Assembly (NCBI GenBank): GCA_018970255.1
Contig: JAGWWS010000005.1
Coordinates: 12,876 to 76,875 of the forward strand
DNA length: 64,000 nt
Source: Verrucomicrobiota bacterium
GTDB lineage: Bacteria; Verrucomicrobiota; Verrucomicrobiia; Chthoniobacterales; Terrimicrobiaceae
Direction: 5' to 3'
A program made the translations under genes and the position numbers. The stretch's first letter is position 1; each line of letters opens with the position of its first letter. Below are positions 17,961 to 28,521 of this stretch, in pieces. The notes under the pieces are model-generated. The model was not told the origin of the DNA and made no database searches. It was given only the letters and a program-made list of their open reading frames with translations.

Positions 17961-20120
17961 TTACGCTTTTTGGTCGAGGATGGCGGCTTTGACCTGCGAG
18001 GGGACTTCCTCGAAGTGCGAGGGCTCCATCGAGTAGGAGGAGCGGCCTTTCGAGAGGGAGCGGATCGCGGTGGCGTAGCCGAACATTTCCGCCAACGGGA
18101 CCTCTGCGTTGATGTGGCAGAGGTTGCCTTTGGTTTCCATGCCCTGGATGCGGGCGCGGCGGCGGTTGAGGTCGCCCATGATGTCGCCCTGGAATTCCTC
18201 GGGCGTCACATTCTCCACCTTCATGATGGGCTCGAGCAGGATGGGCTTGGCTTTTTTCAGGCCGTCCTTGAGCGCGAAGATCGCGGCCATCTTGAACGCC
18301 ATTTCGTTCGAGTCCACATCGTGGTAGGAGCCGTCGACGATGTCGACATGGACATCGATGACGGGGTAGCCGGCGACGACGCCGTTGAGGACGGCTTCCT
18401 TGAAGCCTTTTTCGACGGCGGGGATGAATTCCTTCGGGATGGTGCCGCCGACGACCTTGTTTTCAATCGTGAGGCCCTTGCCGCGCTCGTTCGGCGTGAC
18501 TTTGCAAATGACATGGCCGTATTGGCCGCGGCCGCCGGACTGCTTGACGAGTTTGCCCTCGCCGTCGGCGGGCGAGAGGATGGTTTCCTTGTAGGCGATC
18601 TGGGGCTTGCCGGCGTTCGCCTCGACCTTGAACTCGCGCATCATGCGGTCGCGGATGATTTCGAGGTGGAGTTCGCCCATGCCGGCGATGATGGTCTGGC
18701 CGGTTTCCTCGTTCGTGAAGACGCGGAAGGTGGGGTCTTCCTCGGCGAGGCGCTGCAGGGCGTTGCCCATCTTTTCCTGGTCGAGCTTGGTCTTCGGCTC
18801 GACAGCCATCGAAATGACGGGGTCGGGGAACGACGGGGGCTCGAGGAGGATCGGGTGGTCCTCGTCGCAGAGGGTGTCGCCGGTGGTGATGTTTTTGATG
18901 CCCACGATGGCGGCGATGTCGCCGGAGTAGCAGGTGTCGATATCCTCGCGCTTGTCGGCCTGGATTTGGATGAGGCGGCTGATGCGCTCGCGCTTGTTCG
19001 TGCGCGGGTTGTAGACGGTGTCGCCCTTGGAGAGCTTGCCGGAGTAGACGCGGAAGAAGACGAGCTTGCCGACGAAGGGGTCGCTCCAGAGCTTGAAGGC
19101 GAGGGAGCAGAACTTGCCGTTGTCGTTCGCCTCGGCGTCCATGGGTTCGCCGTTGTCGGGGTTCTGGCCTTTGGCGGCCGCGATGTCGAGGGGGCCGGGG
19201 AGGTAGTCCACGACGGCGTCGACGAGGTATTGCACGCCCTTGTTCTTGAAGGCGGAGCCTCCGGCGACGGGGACGAACTTGTTCGCGATGGTCTGCCGGC
19301 GGATGGCGGCCTTGAGGTCCGCGATGGTGATGGGTTTTTCCTCGAGGAAGAGGTTCCCGATTTCCTCGTCGAGGTCGCACATTTGCGAGACGAGGTCGTC
19401 GTAGGCGGCTTGGGCCATGTCCTTCAGGTCCGCGGGGATTTCCTCGACGGTGTAGGTGGAACCCATGGCGTCGTTGTCGTGGTAGATGACGGCCTTTTGG
19501 TTGATGACATCGATCTGGCCCTTGAGGTGGTCCTCTTTGCCGAGCGGGATGAGGATGGGCCAGGCGTTGGCGCCGAGCTTCTGGCGCATGGAGTCCACGG
19601 CGGCGGCGAAATCGGCGCCGGTGCGGTCCATTTTATTGACGAAGGCGATGCGGGGGACGCCGTATTTCGTGGCTTGGCGCCAGACGGTTTCGGACTGGGG
19701 CTGCACGCCGGCAACGCCGCAGAACACGGCGATGGCGCCGTCAAGGACGCGGAGCGAGCGCTCGACCTCGGCCGTGAAGTCCACGTGGCCGGGGGTGTCG
19801 ATGATGTTGACGCGCATTTTGATTCCCTCGAACGCCTTGTAGACGCCTTCTTCCTTGCGCTGCATCCAGGAGCAGGTGGTGGCGGCGGAGGTGATGGTGA
19901 TGCCGCGCTCGCGCTCCTGTTCCATCCAATCGGTGACGGTGGTGCCTTCGTGCACCTCGCCGATTTTGTGGATCATGCCGGTGTAAAAAAGGATGCGCTC
20001 GGTGAGGGTGGTTTTGCCCGCGTCGATGTGGGCGGCGATGCCGATGTTGCGCGTGCGCTCGAGCGGGAAGGCGCGGTTCGGGGAGTTCGGGTTCGAGGTG
20101 TCGGTCGTCGTGGCTGGCAT
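17961..20120 (-). CDS. fusA: Translation elongation factor G
   Basis: I chose the start [38 protein letters not shown] (ATG 20120). G1-G4 GTPase motifs are present ([18 protein letters not shown]), with full-length EF-G similarity. Confidence 0.95.
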   Translation of the reverse strand: MPATTTDTSNPNSPNRAFPLERTRNIGIAAHIDAGKTTLTERILFYTGMIHKIGEVHEGTTVTDWMEQERERGITITSAATTCSWMQRKEEGVYKAFEGIKMRVNIIDTPGHVDFTAEVERSLRVLDGAIAVFCGVAGVQPQSETVWRQATKYGVPRIAFVNKMDRTGADFAAAVDSMRQKLGANAWPILIPLGKEDHLKGQIDVINQKAVIYHDNDAMGSTYTVEEIPADLKDMAQAAYDDLVSQMCDLDEEIGNLFLEEKPITIADLKAAIRRQTIANKFVPVAGGSAFKNKGVQYLVDAVVDYLPGPLDIAAAKGQNPDNGEPMDAEANDNGKFCSLAFKLWSDPFVGKLVFFRVYSGKLSKGDTVYNPRTNKRERISRLIQIQADKREDIDTCYSGDIAAIVGIKNITTGDTLCDEDHPILLEPPSFPDPVISMAVEPKTKLDQEKMGNALQRLAEEDPTFRVFTNEETGQTIIAGMGELHLEIIRDRMMREFKVEANAGKPQIAYKETILSPADGEGKLVKQSGGRGQYGHVICKVTPNERGKGLTIENKVVGGTIPKEFIPAVEKGFKEAVLNGVVAGYPVIDVHVDIVDGSYHDVDSNEMAFKMAAIFALKDGLKKAKPILLEPIMKVENVTPEEFQGDIMGDLNRRRARIQGMETKGNLCHINAEVPLAEMFGYATAIRSLSKGRSSYSMEPSHFEEVPSQVKAAILDQKA

Positions 20121-20219
20121 GTGGTGTGGTTTTCTTGAAAGGTTTCTTTTTGCCGTCCCGGGGGAAACGGAAAAGGGCGGTTTCTCCGTGGGGAAAAACC
20201 GCCCTCCGGTCAAATCATG

Positions 20220-20693
20220 CTACCAGCGGAAGTGGGCGAATGCGCGGTTGGCCTGGGCCATTTTGTGCATGTCGTCGCGCTTCTTGATGGCGTTGCCCTG
20301 TCCGGCGGCGGCGTCCTTGAGTTCGTAGGCGAGGGCGTTTTCCATGGGAACGCCCTTGCGGCCGTTCGCGAAGGTGACGAGCCAGCGCATGGCGAGGGAG
20401 ACCTGGCGGTCGGCCGGGACTTCCATCGGGACCTGGTAGGTGGAACCGCCGACGCGGCGGGATTTCACCTCGAGGCGCGGGCGGACATTTTCGATGGCCT
20501 TGTTGAGGGTCTCGAGGGGATCGATGTTGTCCGAGCCCTCGCGGGTCTTGTCGATGGCGGTGTAGACGATTTTCTCGGCCGTGGATTTTTTGCCCTCGCG
20601 CATGACGGTGCTGATGAGGCGGGCGACGACGGGGCTCGCGTAGCGGGCGTCCTTCTTGACGGCTTTGTGGATGACTCTGCGGCGGCGTGACAT
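20220..20693 (-). CDS. rpsG: 30S ribosomal protein S7
   Basis: 157 aa. MSRRRRVIHKAVKKDARYASPVVARLI... and a C-terminal AHFRW are typical of uS7. str-operon context. Confidence 0.95.
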   Translation of the reverse strand: MSRRRRVIHKAVKKDARYASPVVARLISTVMREGKKSTAEKIVYTAIDKTREGSDNIDPLETLNKAIENVRPRLEVKSRRVGGSTYQVPMEVPADRQVSLAMRWLVTFANGRKGVPMENALAYELKDAAAGQGNAIKKRDDMHKMAQANRAFAHFRW

Positions 20694-20714
20694 GGTGGTG
20701 TGGGTTCGGGTTGG

Positions 20715-21128
20715 TTATTTCTTTTTGCCCTTCGCGGCGCCCTTGTCCTCCTGGCCGGGCTTCGGGCGCTTGGCACCGTATTTCGAGCGGCCGCGGCGGC
20801 GCCCGTCAACCCCGAGGCTGTCGAGGGTTCCACGGACGATGTGGTAGCGCACGCCGGGGAGGTCTTTGACCTTGCCGCCGCGCACGAGGACGATCGAGTG
20901 CTCCTGGAGGTTGTGGCCCTCGCCCGGGATGTAGGCGATGACTTCCTGGCCGTTCGTGAGGCGCACCTTGGCGACTTTGCGGAGGGCGGAGTTCGGTTTC
21001 TTGGGGGTGCGGGTCATGACCTGCACGCAAACGCCGCGGCGCTGCGGGCAGTTCGCAAGGGCGGGCGACTTCGATTTGACTTTGATCTTTTGGCGTCCCT
21101 TGCGGACGAGTTGGTTGATGGTAGGCAT
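20715..21128 (-). CDS. rpsL: 30S ribosomal protein S12 (with Lys/Arg-rich C-terminal extension)
   Basis: 137 aa. [12 protein letters not shown] ... [19 protein letters not shown] ... [25 protein letters not shown] is canonical uS12, with an extra tail [29 protein letters not shown]. Confidence 0.95.
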   Translation of the reverse strand: MPTINQLVRKGRQKIKVKSKSPALANCPQRRGVCVQVMTRTPKKPNSALRKVAKVRLTNGQEVIAYIPGEGHNLQEHSIVLVRGGKVKDLPGVRYHIVRGTLDSLGVDGRRRGRSKYGAKRPKPGQEDKGAAKGKKK

Positions 21129-21293
21129 TCCGAGAATGTGTGTTGGGCACCTGCGCGATCCGGCGGGAACGCTGCCGGATGATTCCGCGGCTTAGGCACT
21201 CCCCCGACACCTTGCGGGGAGGCGAGAGATTAGGGGCAGAGCGATGCGGTGCAAGCGAAAAAACGGGAAAATTTGGGTGTCGTTGTGAATCCG

Positions 21294-21334
21294 AAAAAGA
21301 AGAAGGCGGCGGGGGCCTCACTTCCCCCGCCGCC
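21294..21334 (-). terminator. Intrinsic terminator downstream of glnK
   Basis: Perfect 11-bp stem ggcggcggggg (21305-21315) / cccccgccgcc (21324-21334). On the minus strand it is followed by ttcttctttttc. Confidence 0.8.
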
Positions 21335-21359
21335 CGGCACTATGACCAACTGCAAATCG

Positions 21360-21773
<414 letters not shown>

Positions 21774-23273
21774 TTACTTCTCGAGCAGGTAGCCTTCTTC
21801 GCCGTGCTCCTCGGTGTCCAGGCCGGCGGATTGGACTTCGTCGGAGGCGCGGAGGCCGATGGTGAACTTCACAATGTAGGCGATGATGGTGGTGGCCACA
21901 ACCGAGAGGACGATCGTGAGCACGCAGGCCTTGATCTGGTTCAGGAGCAGTCCGTCCATGAGGTTCATCGAGGAAAGAACGCCGTTCGCAGCAGGGTCCG
22001 CGAAGATGCCGGTGAGGATGGCGCCGAGGGTGCCGCCCACGCCGTGCACGCCGAAGGTGTCGAGCGCATCGTCATAGCCGAGCATTTTCTTGAGGTAGAC
22101 CACCGCGAAGAACGGAATAATGCCTGCCAGGGCGCCCATGATGACGGCGCTGGTGGGCGTGACGAATCCGGCGCCCGGGGTGATGGTCACCAGGCCGGAG
22201 ACAATGCCGGAGCAGAATCCGAGCACGCTGGGCTTGCCGCGGAGGACCCACTCGATCATGCCCCAGACGAATCCGCCTGTGGCGGCCGCGAGGAGCGTGG
22301 TGGTGAAGGCGTTCGAGGACAGTGCGTCGGAGCCGAGGGCGGAGCCGGCGTTGAATCCGAACCAGCCGACGAAGAGCATGCCTGTGCCGACCATGCAAAG
22401 CACCATCGAGTGCGGGGCCATTGGTTGTTTTCCGAAGCCAAGGCGCGGCCCGAGGATGATGCAGAGCACGAGGGCGGACCAACCGGAGGACATGTGAACG
22501 ACGGTGCCGCCCGCGAAGTCGATGGCCTTGATGCCGGCATCGGCGTTGAGCGGACCGCACATGAAGCCGTTGACGGCCCAAACCATGTGGGCGAGCGGGA
22601 AGTAGACAACAAACATCCAGATGGCGGTGAAGAGGAGCACGGCCGAGAATTTCATGCGCTCCGCAGTGGCGCCGAAGATGAGCGCCGGGGTGATGATGGC
22701 AAAGCTGAGTTGAAACATTGCCCACATGTAATCGGAGATCCAATAGTAGCCCGCACCGACGGCACCCGGAGACATGCCGGTGAAGAACCGCTGGGCGAGG
22801 TCACCGATGAAGGCATTGCCACCCGAGAAAGTGAGGCTGTATCCGACCGCCCACCAGAGGATGGTGACAAGGCCGGCGACACCCATAGTCATGGCGAGGA
22901 TGGAGAGGACATTCTTCGAACGGACGAGGCCGCCGTAGAAGAGCGCCAAACCGGGAAGGGTCATGAACAACACAAGGGCCGTGCTGGTCATTTGCCACGC
23001 ATTGTGGCCCGGACCGGGGACCTTGATTTTCGAGGCGTCGCCGGACGGACGGTCGACGTTGTTGAAGTAGGCCTCGATGTCGGCGAGGCGCTGCTCAACA
23101 GTCGGCTCGGCGGCCTCGGGGGCGGCAGCCTCGGTCTCGACGACGGTGGTGGCCGTCTCGGTGACGACCGTGGTGACCGACTCCTGCGCGAACGCGGGAG
23201 TCGCGGTAAACAGACCGCCTGCGGCCAGGGCCAGCGCGGCGATCCCCGATAGGATGGACTTGTGTTTTTTCAT
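21774..23273 (-). CDS. amtB: Ammonium transporter (Amt family) with cleavable signal peptide and acidic N-terminal extension
   Basis: 499 aa. Signal peptide MKKHKSILSGIAALALAAGGLFTATPAFA. DFAGGTVVHMSSG and GVHGVGGTLGAILTGIFA are Amt signature segments. Confidence 0.95.
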   Translation of the reverse strand: MKKHKSILSGIAALALAAGGLFTATPAFAQESVTTVVTETATTVVETEAAAPEAAEPTVEQRLADIEAYFNNVDRPSGDASKIKVPGPGHNAWQMTSTALVLFMTLPGLALFYGGLVRSKNVLSILAMTMGVAGLVTILWWAVGYSLTFSGGNAFIGDLAQRFFTGMSPGAVGAGYYWISDYMWAMFQLSFAIITPALIFGATAERMKFSAVLLFTAIWMFVVYFPLAHMVWAVNGFMCGPLNADAGIKAIDFAGGTVVHMSSGWSALVLCIILGPRLGFGKQPMAPHSMVLCMVGTGMLFVGWFGFNAGSALGSDALSSNAFTTTLLAAATGGFVWGMIEWVLRGKPSVLGFCSGIVSGLVTITPGAGFVTPTSAVIMGALAGIIPFFAVVYLKKMLGYDDALDTFGVHGVGGTLGAILTGIFADPAANGVLSSMNLMDGLLLNQIKACVLTIVLSVVATTIIAYIVKFTIGLRASDEVQSAGLDTEEHGEEGYLLEK

Positions 23274-23320
23274 TGATGTTTTTTTCGACCGGTGGTTGCA
23301 CCGGGCGTGCTGCGGCTAGA

Positions 23321-23335
23321 GCAAACGGCGTGCCA
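23321..23335 (-). promoter_or_regulatory. Sigma54 (-24/-12) promoter of amtB-glnK
   Basis: The reverse complement of gcaaacggcgtgcca is TGGCACGccgtTTGC, followed by T. This is an exact match to TGGCACG-N4-TTGCW. It lies 48 nt upstream of the amtB ATG at 23273. Confidence 0.8.
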
Positions 23336-23508
23336 AGCCGGTCTGCGAAGGGCAGCGCGGTCGCTTTCAGCGGCTCGAAATGTCCAAAACGCGACAGTGC
23401 CAGCGGGGGTGGATATTTTTCGACAGGACAGTCTGCGCGGAGATGTCAGTGGTGATTTTTGACATGGGGCTCGCGCGGGCGGGCGGGGTGTGTTTTGAAG
23501 AGTGCGCG

Positions 23509-24597
23509 ATGGTCCGGCACCTTTATGTCCACATTCCGTTTTGCCCGAAGGTTTGCCCGTATTGCAGCTTCTACAAGGAGGCGAGCGACCGGAACAAAAC
23601 GCAGGCGTTCCTCGATGCGGTGCTGGCCGAGGCGGAGGGGGAGGCTGGGGGGTTGCGGCCGGAGACCGTTTTTTTCGGGGGCGGGACGCCGAGTGCGCTG
23701 TCGACGGCGCAATTGGAATGCCTCATCGGCGGGCTGCGCGGGCGGATCGATTTTTCGGGGCTGCGCGAGTTCACGCTGGAGATGAACCCGGCGACGGTTT
23801 CGCTGGAGAAGGCGCGGGCTCTGCTGGCGCTGGGGGTGGACCGCGTGAGCATGGGGGTGCAGTCGTGGGATGCGGAACTTTTGAAAACGCTGGGGCGGGT
23901 CCACAGCGGGCCGCAGGCGCGGCGGAGCTACGAAATCCTCCGCGAAGCGGGGGTGGGGAATGTGAACCTGGATTTGATTTTCGGGATTCCGGGGCAGTCG
24001 CGGGCGCAATGGGAGGAGTCGCTGCGGGCCACGGTGGAATTGGGGCCGGACCACATTTCCGCCTATTGCCTGACCTACGAGGAGGACACGGAATTTTTCA
24101 AAATGTTCGTGCGCGGCGAGGCGGGGCCGGTGCCGGAGAGGGATGCGGAGTTTTTCGAACTGGCGGCGGAGTTGCTCGAGGGCGCGGGCTACGGGCAATA
24201 CGAGATCTCGAATTTCGCGCGGCCGGGCAGGGAGTGCCGGCACAATTTGGGGTATTGGCGCGGCGAGGACTATGCGGGGCTGGGGCCCTCGGCGTTTTCC
24301 ACGCGCGGCGGGTGGAGGCGGAGGAATGTGGCGGATACGGAGGGCTACACGCGGCGGGTGCTCGGCGGGCTGGACCGTTTCGAATCGGTGGAAAAAATCG
24401 ATGAAGGCGCGCGGAGGTTCGAGCGGGTGGCGCTGGGATTGCGGATGCGCGAGGGGGTGGAGGAGGGGATTCTCGATTCGGCGGGCGTGGAGAGGTTGGT
24501 CGCCAACGGGCTCGCGGTGCGGGATGGCGGGCGGGTGGCGCTCACGCGCGGGGGCAGGCTTTTGGCGGACGAGATCGCGGTGGAGATGGTGGGGTGA
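23509..24597 (+). CDS. hemW: Radical SAM heme chaperone HemW (HemN-like, oxygen-independent coproporphyrinogen III oxidase family)
   Basis: I chose the start MVRHLYVHIPFCPKVCPYCSFY (CxxxCxxC radical SAM cluster). GGGTPS and a HemN C-terminal domain are present. Confidence 0.85.
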   Translation: MVRHLYVHIPFCPKVCPYCSFYKEASDRNKTQAFLDAVLAEAEGEAGGLRPETVFFGGGTPSALSTAQLECLIGGLRGRIDFSGLREFTLEMNPATVSLEKARALLALGVDRVSMGVQSWDAELLKTLGRVHSGPQARRSYEILREAGVGNVNLDLIFGIPGQSRAQWEESLRATVELGPDHISAYCLTYEEDTEFFKMFVRGEAGPVPERDAEFFELAAELLEGAGYGQYEISNFARPGRECRHNLGYWRGEDYAGLGPSAFSTRGGWRRRNVADTEGYTRRVLGGLDRFESVEKIDEGARRFERVALGLRMREGVEEGILDSAGVERLVANGLAVRDGGRVALTRGGRLLADEIAVEMVG

Positions 24598-24603
24598 GGT
24601 CGC

Positions 24604-26601
24604 TCAGTGGATTTCCACGGGGCACTTGGGGAGGGCCTGGAGGAAGGAGCGGCCGTAGGGTTTCGAGAGGATGCGGCTGTCGAGGATGACGATGGTGCCG
24701 GTGTCCGACTTGCTGCGGATGAGGCGGCCGACGCCTTGGCGCAGGCGCAGGATGGCTTCGGGCAGCGAGTAGCTTTCGAACGCGCGGCCGCCTTCGGATT
24801 CGATGGCTTCGAGGCGGGCTTCGGTGAGCGGATGGTCGGGCGTGGCGAAGGGGAGGCGGGTGATGATGACGCTCGAGAGCGCCTCGCCGGGCACATCGAC
24901 GCCGGTCCAAAAACTCGAGACGCCGAAGAGGACGGTGTGCGGGTTTTGGCGGAATTCCTGGAGCATGCGCTGGGGCGGCATGCCGGAGCCCTGCGCGAGG
25001 AGTTGCCAGCCGCGCTTTTCGAAAACGGGTTCGGAGAGTTCGGCGACGGAGCGGAGCGTTTGGTAGCTCGTGAAAAGGACGAACGCGCGCGCCTCGCTTT
25101 TTTCGGTGAAGCGGGCAATCCAATCGGCAAGCGAGGATTCGTAGCCGGGGGATTTCGGCTCGGGCATTTTTTGGACGAGGTGGAGGGACATCTGGCGCGC
25201 GTAGTCGAACGGGCTGCCGATTTGGAGGGCGGGGACACCGTCGGCGCCGACGCGGTTGCGGAAGTAGGAGAGGTCCGGCGATCCGATGGAGAGGGTGGCG
25301 CTGGTGAGGACCGTGCAGGCGCCCTCGCGGAAAACGAGGCGGCGCAGCGTATCGGCGAGGTCCACGGGGGCGCTGCGCAGCGTGCAGAATTGCTCGGAGC
25401 GCCCGTATTGCTCGACCCAATGGACATGCCCGGGGTCGGCGAGCGCGAGGAAATCCGAGATGGCCGAGCGCGCGGCGCGGAGTTTGCGGGCGGATTCCTG
25501 GAGTTCGGAAATGTGCGTGTCATCCTTGCACTTCCCGGACTCGATGGAGGCGAGTTCGCCGAGGCGGGCGAGGGCGGAGCAGATTTCCGAGCCGTCGGCG
25601 AGGTCGGGTTCGCGCACGCGGAATTCGCGCCCTTTCCTGAATTCGCAACCCTTCGCGACATCGCCGAAGAACGAGTCCGCAACGGGGAGCACATCGGCGA
25701 CGGCGCGGCAGGCGGGGCCGTTTTTGAGCAACTGGAAGAGCCCTTTTTTGCTGCGGGGGTTGTAGAGGCGCTGGAGCGAGCGGCGCAGGCCGAGCTGGGA
25801 AATTTCCATCCCGATGTGGCGCGCGGCGACTTCCTCGAGCGTGTGGGCCTCGTCGAAAATGGCGAAGTCGTTTGCGAAAAGGAGCCCGCCGGTGCGGTTC
25901 TCGGCGTCCTCGACGCCATTCAGCAGCGTGAAGAAGAGCGCGTGGTTCAGGACGACGACCTGCGCGGTCGCGACGCGGCGGCGGAGCGCCTGGTAGAAGC
26001 AGCCGCTGGCGGGGCCGCAGGTTTTCGGCGTGCAAAGGTGCTGCTCGCTGCGGACCTCTTCCCAGACGGCGGGGTCGGGTTGTTCGAGGAAATCGCTGAG
26101 CGAGCCGTCGCGCGTGGTGAGGCCCCACTCGCGGATGCGCTCGAGTTCGGCGTGCTGGACCGGCGTGAAGAGGTCCTTTGCCTGCGCGAGGGTGCGCGAG
26201 AGGCGGGTGGTGCAGAGGAAATTGTGGCGGCCCTTCAGCAGGACGGCCTCGAACTCGCCCGGAACGATTTTTTGCACGAGCGGAATGTCCTTGAACATGA
26301 GTTGCTCCTGCAGAGCGATGGTGTGGGTGGAGATGACCGCCTTGCGCTTGGTGCGGAGCGCGTGGAGCACGGCGGGGACAAGGTAGGCGAGGGATTTGCC
26401 GACGCCGGTGCCCGCCTCGACAACGATGTGGGTGCCGCGTTCCAGCGTTCGGGCGACGGCGCCCGCCATACGCTGCTGCTCGGGGCGGTATTCGAACGAT
26501 GCGGCGCCCGAGAGGATGCCCGTCTCGGAAAAGACGGCTTCGACCTCGAGTTGGAACGGCGTCGGGGCGCCGACTTCGGCATCGTCGCGGAGCGAAATCA
26601 C
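24604..26601 (-). CDS. dinG: ATP-dependent DNA helicase, DinG/Rad3 (XPD) family
   Basis: 665 aa. EAGTGVGKSLAYL (Walker A), DEAHTLEE (DEAH box), and C-terminal SFWTGVDVPGEALSSVIITRLPF helicase motifs V-VI. Confidence 0.85.
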   Translation of the reverse strand: MISLRDDAEVGAPTPFQLEVEAVFSETGILSGAASFEYRPEQQRMAGAVARTLERGTHIVVEAGTGVGKSLAYLVPAVLHALRTKRKAVISTHTIALQEQLMFKDIPLVQKIVPGEFEAVLLKGRHNFLCTTRLSRTLAQAKDLFTPVQHAELERIREWGLTTRDGSLSDFLEQPDPAVWEEVRSEQHLCTPKTCGPASGCFYQALRRRVATAQVVVLNHALFFTLLNGVEDAENRTGGLLFANDFAIFDEAHTLEEVAARHIGMEISQLGLRRSLQRLYNPRSKKGLFQLLKNGPACRAVADVLPVADSFFGDVAKGCEFRKGREFRVREPDLADGSEICSALARLGELASIESGKCKDDTHISELQESARKLRAARSAISDFLALADPGHVHWVEQYGRSEQFCTLRSAPVDLADTLRRLVFREGACTVLTSATLSIGSPDLSYFRNRVGADGVPALQIGSPFDYARQMSLHLVQKMPEPKSPGYESSLADWIARFTEKSEARAFVLFTSYQTLRSVAELSEPVFEKRGWQLLAQGSGMPPQRMLQEFRQNPHTVLFGVSSFWTGVDVPGEALSSVIITRLPFATPDHPLTEARLEAIESEGGRAFESYSLPEAILRLRQGVGRLIRSKSDTGTIVILDSRILSKPYGRSFLQALPKCPVEIH

Positions 26602-26651
26602 CCCGAACGATTAGTGGAAAATGCGCTGCGGGTGCAGCCGAATCTCGCGGG

Positions 26652-27194
26652 TCAGCCGCCGGGGGAATATTCGGTGAATTTCGTGGCTTGCAGCGCGCAG
26701 GTCAGCATGAGCCCGTTCCGCCGGAACCAAAACGGGATGGCGCCGCTGCGGCCGGAGGTGGAGAGGTTCGAGCCGAGGATGCCGTCAGCGAGCACCAGGC
26801 CGGCAACGGCACCGGCTTCGAAGCCGCCGGCGAGGTAGAAACTATCGAGGGCCTCCTCGCTCGTGAAAAAAATGGCGCGGGAAAATTCCTGCACGCCCGC
26901 TTCGAGCCCCAGCGAGAAACCGGTGAAATTCAGGTAGGCGGCGGGGCGCATGTTGCGGAAGAGCACGGCGGTGCCGCTTTGGACCGCGAGGCCGAGGCCG
27001 ATTTTTTTCACTTCCGGGACGACGAGGACCGCCACCGCATGGCGGTTGGCTTCGACGGCGCGGCTGTCCCTGGCGTAGAGCCAACTCAATGCGCCCAGGG
27101 CGTTGTGCTCGAGTTCGGCGGGGGCGCCGGCCTGGGACAAGGGCGAAAATGCGAGAAGGGCGGCGAGGGCGAGGATGGGCGCGGGTGTTTTCAT
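26652..27194 (-). CDS. Secreted SYLF (DUF500/Ysc84-like) lipid-binding domain protein
   Basis: I chose the start MKTPAPILALAALLAFSPLSQA (signal peptide). The GLGLAVQSG...GFSLGLEAG...GGFEAGAVAG repeats are typical of the SYLF domain. Confidence 0.6.
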   Translation of the reverse strand: MKTPAPILALAALLAFSPLSQAGAPAELEHNALGALSWLYARDSRAVEANRHAVAVLVVPEVKKIGLGLAVQSGTAVLFRNMRPAAYLNFTGFSLGLEAGVQEFSRAIFFTSEEALDSFYLAGGFEAGAVAGLVLADGILGSNLSTSGRSGAIPFWFRRNGLMLTCALQATKFTEYSPGG

Positions 27195-27362
27195 GGCGCG
27201 AGTTTTTCGCCGCGGGCGAGTGGGCGGAATGGGGTGTTCGCCTTGGGGGTTGATACTTTGCGGGGTGGGCGCGGCAGGCCGGCTTGTTTGCGGGAGCGGT
27301 TCCGGCGCTGACAAGCAGCGCCCTCCTGGGCGTTTGGCGTAATGCCGGCGCTGAATTGGAAT

Positions 27363-28154
27363 TCAGGCGGTCGGGGGGCGGTAGCCTTGGGGGTCGAATT
27401 CCACGGAAGCGAACCCGGCGGCGTGGAGGGCTTCGGCGAGGGGGGCTTGGTCGGGGAAGTTCGGCATTTCCTCCGGCGAGATTTGGACGCGGGCTTTGGG
27501 TTTTTCCGCAGCGATGTAGCGGACCCGGAAGATTCGCAGCCCCATCCGGCGCAGGGCGGCTTCGCCTTTTTCGACGAGCGCGAGGGCTTCGGTGGTCACA
27601 GGCGTGCCGTGGGGGATGCGGCTGGAGAGGCAGGGTTGGGCGGGGGCGTCGTGCGTGGGCAGGCCGAGCCGGCGGGAAAGCTCGCGCACCTCGGCTTTCG
27701 CGAGGCCGGCTTCCTTCAACGGGGCGAGCACGCGGAATTCCGCCGCGGCGCGGGAGCCGGGGCGGAGGTCGGCCGGGTCGTCGGCATTTTCGCCATAGGC
27801 AATGCGGGTGAAGCCGCGTTCGCGGGCGATGGCTTCCATGCGGGCGAAGAGTTCGGCTTTGCAAAAGTAGCAACGGTTCGCGGGGTTCGAGAGGTATTCG
27901 GGGTTTTCGAATTCGGCGGTGTGGACGGTTTCCACGCGGGCGCCGATTTTTTTGGCGGTTTCGAGCGCATCGGCGAGGGCGGCGCGGGGCAGGCTCGGGC
28001 TGTCGGCGATGATCCCGAGGGCGCCGTGACCGATTTCCGCATGGGCGATGGCGAGCAGGCAGGCGCTGTCCACGCCGCCCGAATACGCGATGAGCAGGGG
28101 ATTGGCGGAGCGCAGGATGGCGCGAAGGCGGCCGGTTTTTTCTTCGAGGTCCAT
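27363..28154 (-). CDS. larE: PP-loop ATP pyrophosphatase, LarE-like sacrificial sulfur transferase family (TIGR00268-type)
   Basis: I chose the start MDLEEKTGRLRAIL (ATG 28154). The PP-loop AYSGGVDS is present. NRCYFCK and PAQPCLSSRIPHG contain the LarE-type cysteine. Confidence 0.65.
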   Translation of the reverse strand: MDLEEKTGRLRAILRSANPLLIAYSGGVDSACLLAIAHAEIGHGALGIIADSPSLPRAALADALETAKKIGARVETVHTAEFENPEYLSNPANRCYFCKAELFARMEAIARERGFTRIAYGENADDPADLRPGSRAAAEFRVLAPLKEAGLAKAEVRELSRRLGLPTHDAPAQPCLSSRIPHGTPVTTEALALVEKGEAALRRMGLRIFRVRYIAAEKPKARVQISPEEMPNFPDQAPLAEALHAAGFASVEFDPQGYRPPTA

Positions 28155-28247
28155 GGGGTCCGGCGGGAAAATACGCGCGCTGGGGCAAAAAACGATTGCA
28201 ATCCCGCGGGTCGGGCATGATTTTCCCCAGCCCAACCGAAAAACGAT

Positions 28248-28478
28248 ATGGCAGATGTAGCAAACAAATACAGCGACAACGTGGCCGGGAAATTCTATGT
28301 CGATGACCAGTGCATCGATTGCGACCTGTGCCGCGAGACGGCCCCCGCAAACTTCAAGCGCAACGACGACGGCGGGCACAGCTATGTCTACAAGCAGCCC
28401 GAGACGCCCGAGGAGGAAGCCCTCTGCCAAGAAGCACTCGAGGGTTGCCCGGTCGAAGCCATCGGCAACGACGCCTGA
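28248..28478 (+). CDS. Small ferredoxin (single [4Fe-4S]/[3Fe-4S] cluster type)
   Basis: 76 aa. YVDDQCIDCDLCRETAP ... ALEGCPVEAI gives a CxxCxxC...CP cysteine pattern. Confidence 0.8.
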   Translation: MADVANKYSDNVAGKFYVDDQCIDCDLCRETAPANFKRNDDGGHSYVYKQPETPEEEALCQEALEGCPVEAIGNDA

Positions 28479-28491
28479 CCTTTTCCGAAAC

Positions 28492-28520
28492 GGCCCCCGG
28501 TTCGCGCCGGGGGCCTTTTT
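28492..28520 (+). terminator. Intrinsic terminator after the ferredoxin gene
   Basis: Perfect 9-bp stem ggcccccgg / ccgggggcc with loop ttcgcg, followed by ttttt. It ends 2 nt before the next ATG at 28522. Confidence 0.7.
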
Positions 28521-28521
28521 C

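Noticed and set aside
17838-20138. 766-aa plus-strand ORF antisense to fusA
   Set aside because: It has Gly/Asp/Val/Ala/Glu-rich composition and no motifs. The opposite strand encodes full-length EF-G.
23443-23465. Palindrome upstream of the amtB sigma54 promoter read as a NifA (TGT-N10-ACA) or NtrC site
   Set aside because: The spacing is TGT-N15-ACA, not N10. The half-sites do not match TGCACC/GGTGCA. It is kept only as an unassigned candidate enhancer in a finding.
24604-26601. DinG-family helicase as part of a defence system
   Set aside because: It has no nuclease, methyltransferase, CRISPR-associated or other defence partner genes. It is flanked by hemW and a SYLF-domain gene, consistent with housekeeping DinG.
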